A stretch of 64,000 bases of DNA from positions 248,001-312,000 of the forward strand of contig NW_020847750.1 of NCBI RefSeq assembly GCF_003704095.1, in the 5' to 3' direction. A model generated the notes under the pieces. The model made no database searches and was not told the DNA's origin. It worked only from the letters and a program-made list of their open reading frames with translations. Origin of the DNA: Pocillopora damicornis. Lineage: Eukaryota. The position numbers and the translations under genes were made by a program. Below, piece by piece: positions 61,823 to 64,000 of this stretch; position 1 is the stretch's first letter; each line of letters begins with the position of its first letter.

Positions 61823-63098
61823 TCTCAGTATCCTCAATGTCACTTAACATATCCAAACTTCCATCATCGAGGAAATCCAGTTCATCGGGAACGTCGTTGA
61901 GTTTTTCAAGGCTTTCTTTGATAGTTTCATCCAGTCCTGCAAGGTATCTGTCAAGATCGGTGCCATCGCTATCCATTTCTTGTTTGATCTTTGCTACTTG
62001 TTCCTGTTCGTCGGTCTCGTGATTGACTGTAGGGAGCATTGCGTCATTGACTATACAGTTTTCGCGCGCACGTCTTGCCACCATTTGCTCCTCTTCGAAT
62101 TTTGCCGCTTCAACTTTCAGCCAATCCACGGCTTGTTCCTCTTCTTTTTTACTATAAAACGGAATGCAATCGTTTTCTTTGCCACGTGCGGCGTCTCTCT
62201 CTGCGCTGGTAAACACTCTATTGGCAAATCCGTGGTCAGCAGCAGCCTTACTGCTCGCGCTTGTTATGTTTGTTGCAGGAACGCGATCCATCTGCGCCAT
62301 GTTAAATGCGTCTTTAAGATTTCTTGGCTGAAAGCTGAGTGATCCTGCATTTGCACGATCTCGTATCGTCTGAGGAGATACCGACATGTTGCCTCTGTCT
62401 GCCTGTAGACTATAAGGATGGTGATAGCCATAAGAATCAGTATTACAGGGTATCCCACTGGGGCTACCCGTTGTAATATATGCTAAGCGTCTTTTCGACG
62501 GTCTTGGCTGATAAACCCAATTCGGATGTTCATTTCTGTGTTTCTCTTTCAAGCGCGAAGCTTCGTCAAAATATGGTCGTTGCTGTTCCGTGGACAATTC
62601 ATTCCATATCTCGCCGAGCTTGACGCTTATCTCCGCATTGTTTGCGTTCGGATACCGCTTCGCAATCGTCGATCTGTATAATCGCGCCCAGATCATAAAC
62701 GCATTCATGGGCCTCTTGACTTTCGGCGAATTGTTCTGTTGCAACTGCGCTTGCAGGCTGTGGTACAAATGTGGCATGCGCAGAAAGGTTTGGCTCATCG
62801 GATCGACTGTGAATCCTTTGAAGCCGTCAGGACTGCTTTTTTGAGTTGATTCGGATGCTGATGATGAAATGTCCTCAGACTTTTGCACCGGAGACATTGG
62901 AGACGAAAATTCAGGTACTTTACATTTGTCATTCGGCGTTGAATGGCTAGGTAAGCCATTTTGCATCTGCGTAGACTTCTTCGGAGTGTGGATTTCGTTG
63001 CGTGCGTTTCCCTCCTCTCGCGATCTAGCGATATGAATTGAAGAGGTTTCCTTAATTGAAGCGTTGCGTTTTTCCTTTGATGTCGTCAAGTTAAGCAT
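61815..63098 (-). CDS. Sox HMG-box transcription factor, Sox30/SoxH-like, intronless CDS, ~427 aa from first ATG
   Basis: HMG box [75 protein letters not shown], with an acidic C-terminal tail. First ATG at 63098 (MLNLTTSK). Confidence 0.9.
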   Translation of the reverse strand: MLNLTTSKEKRNASIKETSSIHIARSREEGNARNEIHTPKKSTQMQNGLPSHSTPNDKCKVPEFSSPMSPVQKSEDISSSASESTQKSSPDGFKGFTVDPMSQTFLRMPHLYHSLQAQLQQNNSPKVKRPMNAFMIWARLYRSTIAKRYPNANNAEISVKLGEIWNELSTEQQRPYFDEASRLKEKHRNEHPNWVYQPRPSKRRLAYITTGSPSGIPCNTDSYGYHHPYSLQADRGNMSVSPQTIRDRANAGSLSFQPRNLKDAFNMAQMDRVPATNITSASSKAAADHGFANRVFTSAERDAARGKENDCIPFYSKKEEEQAVDWLKVEAAKFEEEQMVARRARENCIVNDAMLPTVNHETDEQEQVAKIKQEMDSDGTDLDRYLAGLDETIKESLEKLNDVPDELDFLDDGSLDMLSDIEDTENE

Positions 63099-64000
63099 TA
63101 TGTCCACAAAACTTTGTAAACAATGACCAAAAAATCGTAACAAAGTGTTTGTTTCGCAACAATGGAGTGTACCAAAATGAAAACAATCGAGGGGTCTGTT
63201 GACTTTATGGAAACCGTTACTTATTCACCATGGAAACTGGATAAAATGGTGACGTACATGCGCAACGAATGCCTTGCGCGCGGGGAACAATGCCTTCAAA
63301 AGGAAAGCAGTTTTGTTGCGCGCGCGAGCAGCATCAATGGTCAGGAAGACACTAGTAGTTTGCAAACGCCAGCGTTTTTCAGATGATTTTTTTCTAAGAT
63401 AAGCGTTTCTCAATTGCATTTTAAACTTTGCACTGCAACAAAAAAAATTTTAATTTCATTCGTACATGATGCTTATAGAAAGAAAAAAAAAATCATCATA
63501 TTTATTACACCTTCTTAGCGAAATGTGTTTTTAAAGTAACGGTTCCTTAAAATGACATTAGCTTAATCTGTATCTAAATATTAATGTGTTAATACAAAAG
63601 CAGCATCTTGCTGGAGCAAAAAATGAACCATTGAAAAAAACATTTGATGGTTGCCAGTCTATTGTATTTAGAGACATAAGACTTTTTTGACGGATCAGTT
63701 ATCAGCATTTTCGACCTTATAACATGCACATACTGAGAAAAAAATGGAAAAAGTGGTTAAATGCGTATTTGATATTAATTAACAATAAATAATTCGTTTT
63801 TAGAGGAATATATTTCTTTTTCAGTCACTGTTCCGGTCAAATTGATATCGGGAATTTTGTTTCTGCGGAGAATGTAGTGCCGAAGAACCTTTGGCAGTGA
63901 GGACGATAAAAAAGCATAAAGAAAAAACAACTAAATCAATCCATACGTAATGTTAGGTTCGGGAATTAAATTCAGGAGGAGTTGTGGGAAGCGAAGGCTC

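Noticed and set aside
63099-63143. N-terminal extension of the Sox ORF from TTG
   Set aside because: Non-ATG start from the ORF caller. The first ATG is at 63098, though an upstream exon cannot be excluded.

Overview
AT-rich animal genomic DNA from a draft scaffold with seven 100-N gaps. It is most likely an anthozoan/stony coral; this is inferred from the repeat families and gene content and is not proven. I reconstructed exons by hand from splice signals and codon phase. Genes in order: a 9-exon SLC22/OCT-like transporter (-); a Not/Noto homeobox locus (one complete gene, a diverged 3' copy of it, and a second divergent Not-like gene); a decayed intron-containing hAT transposase; a single-coding-exon secreted/anchored Cys-rich stanniocalcin-like protein; ZDHHC16 with a U12-type minor intron right after the DHHC motif; two divergently oriented SCPEP1/RISC-type serine carboxypeptidases with an HYPK gene between them (absent from the ORF track); a multi-exon F5/8 type C (discoidin) domain gene; and an intronless Sox30/SoxH-like HMG-box gene. 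The region 11-25 kb is a mosaic of local segmental duplications. Many MITEs, one SINE, Penelope/hammerhead-like remnants and tandem repeats fill the introns and intergenic DNA. The most novel-looking items are the putatively furin-releasable, membrane-anchored stanniocalcin-like protein and the Sox30-like gene linked to Not and ZDHHC16.
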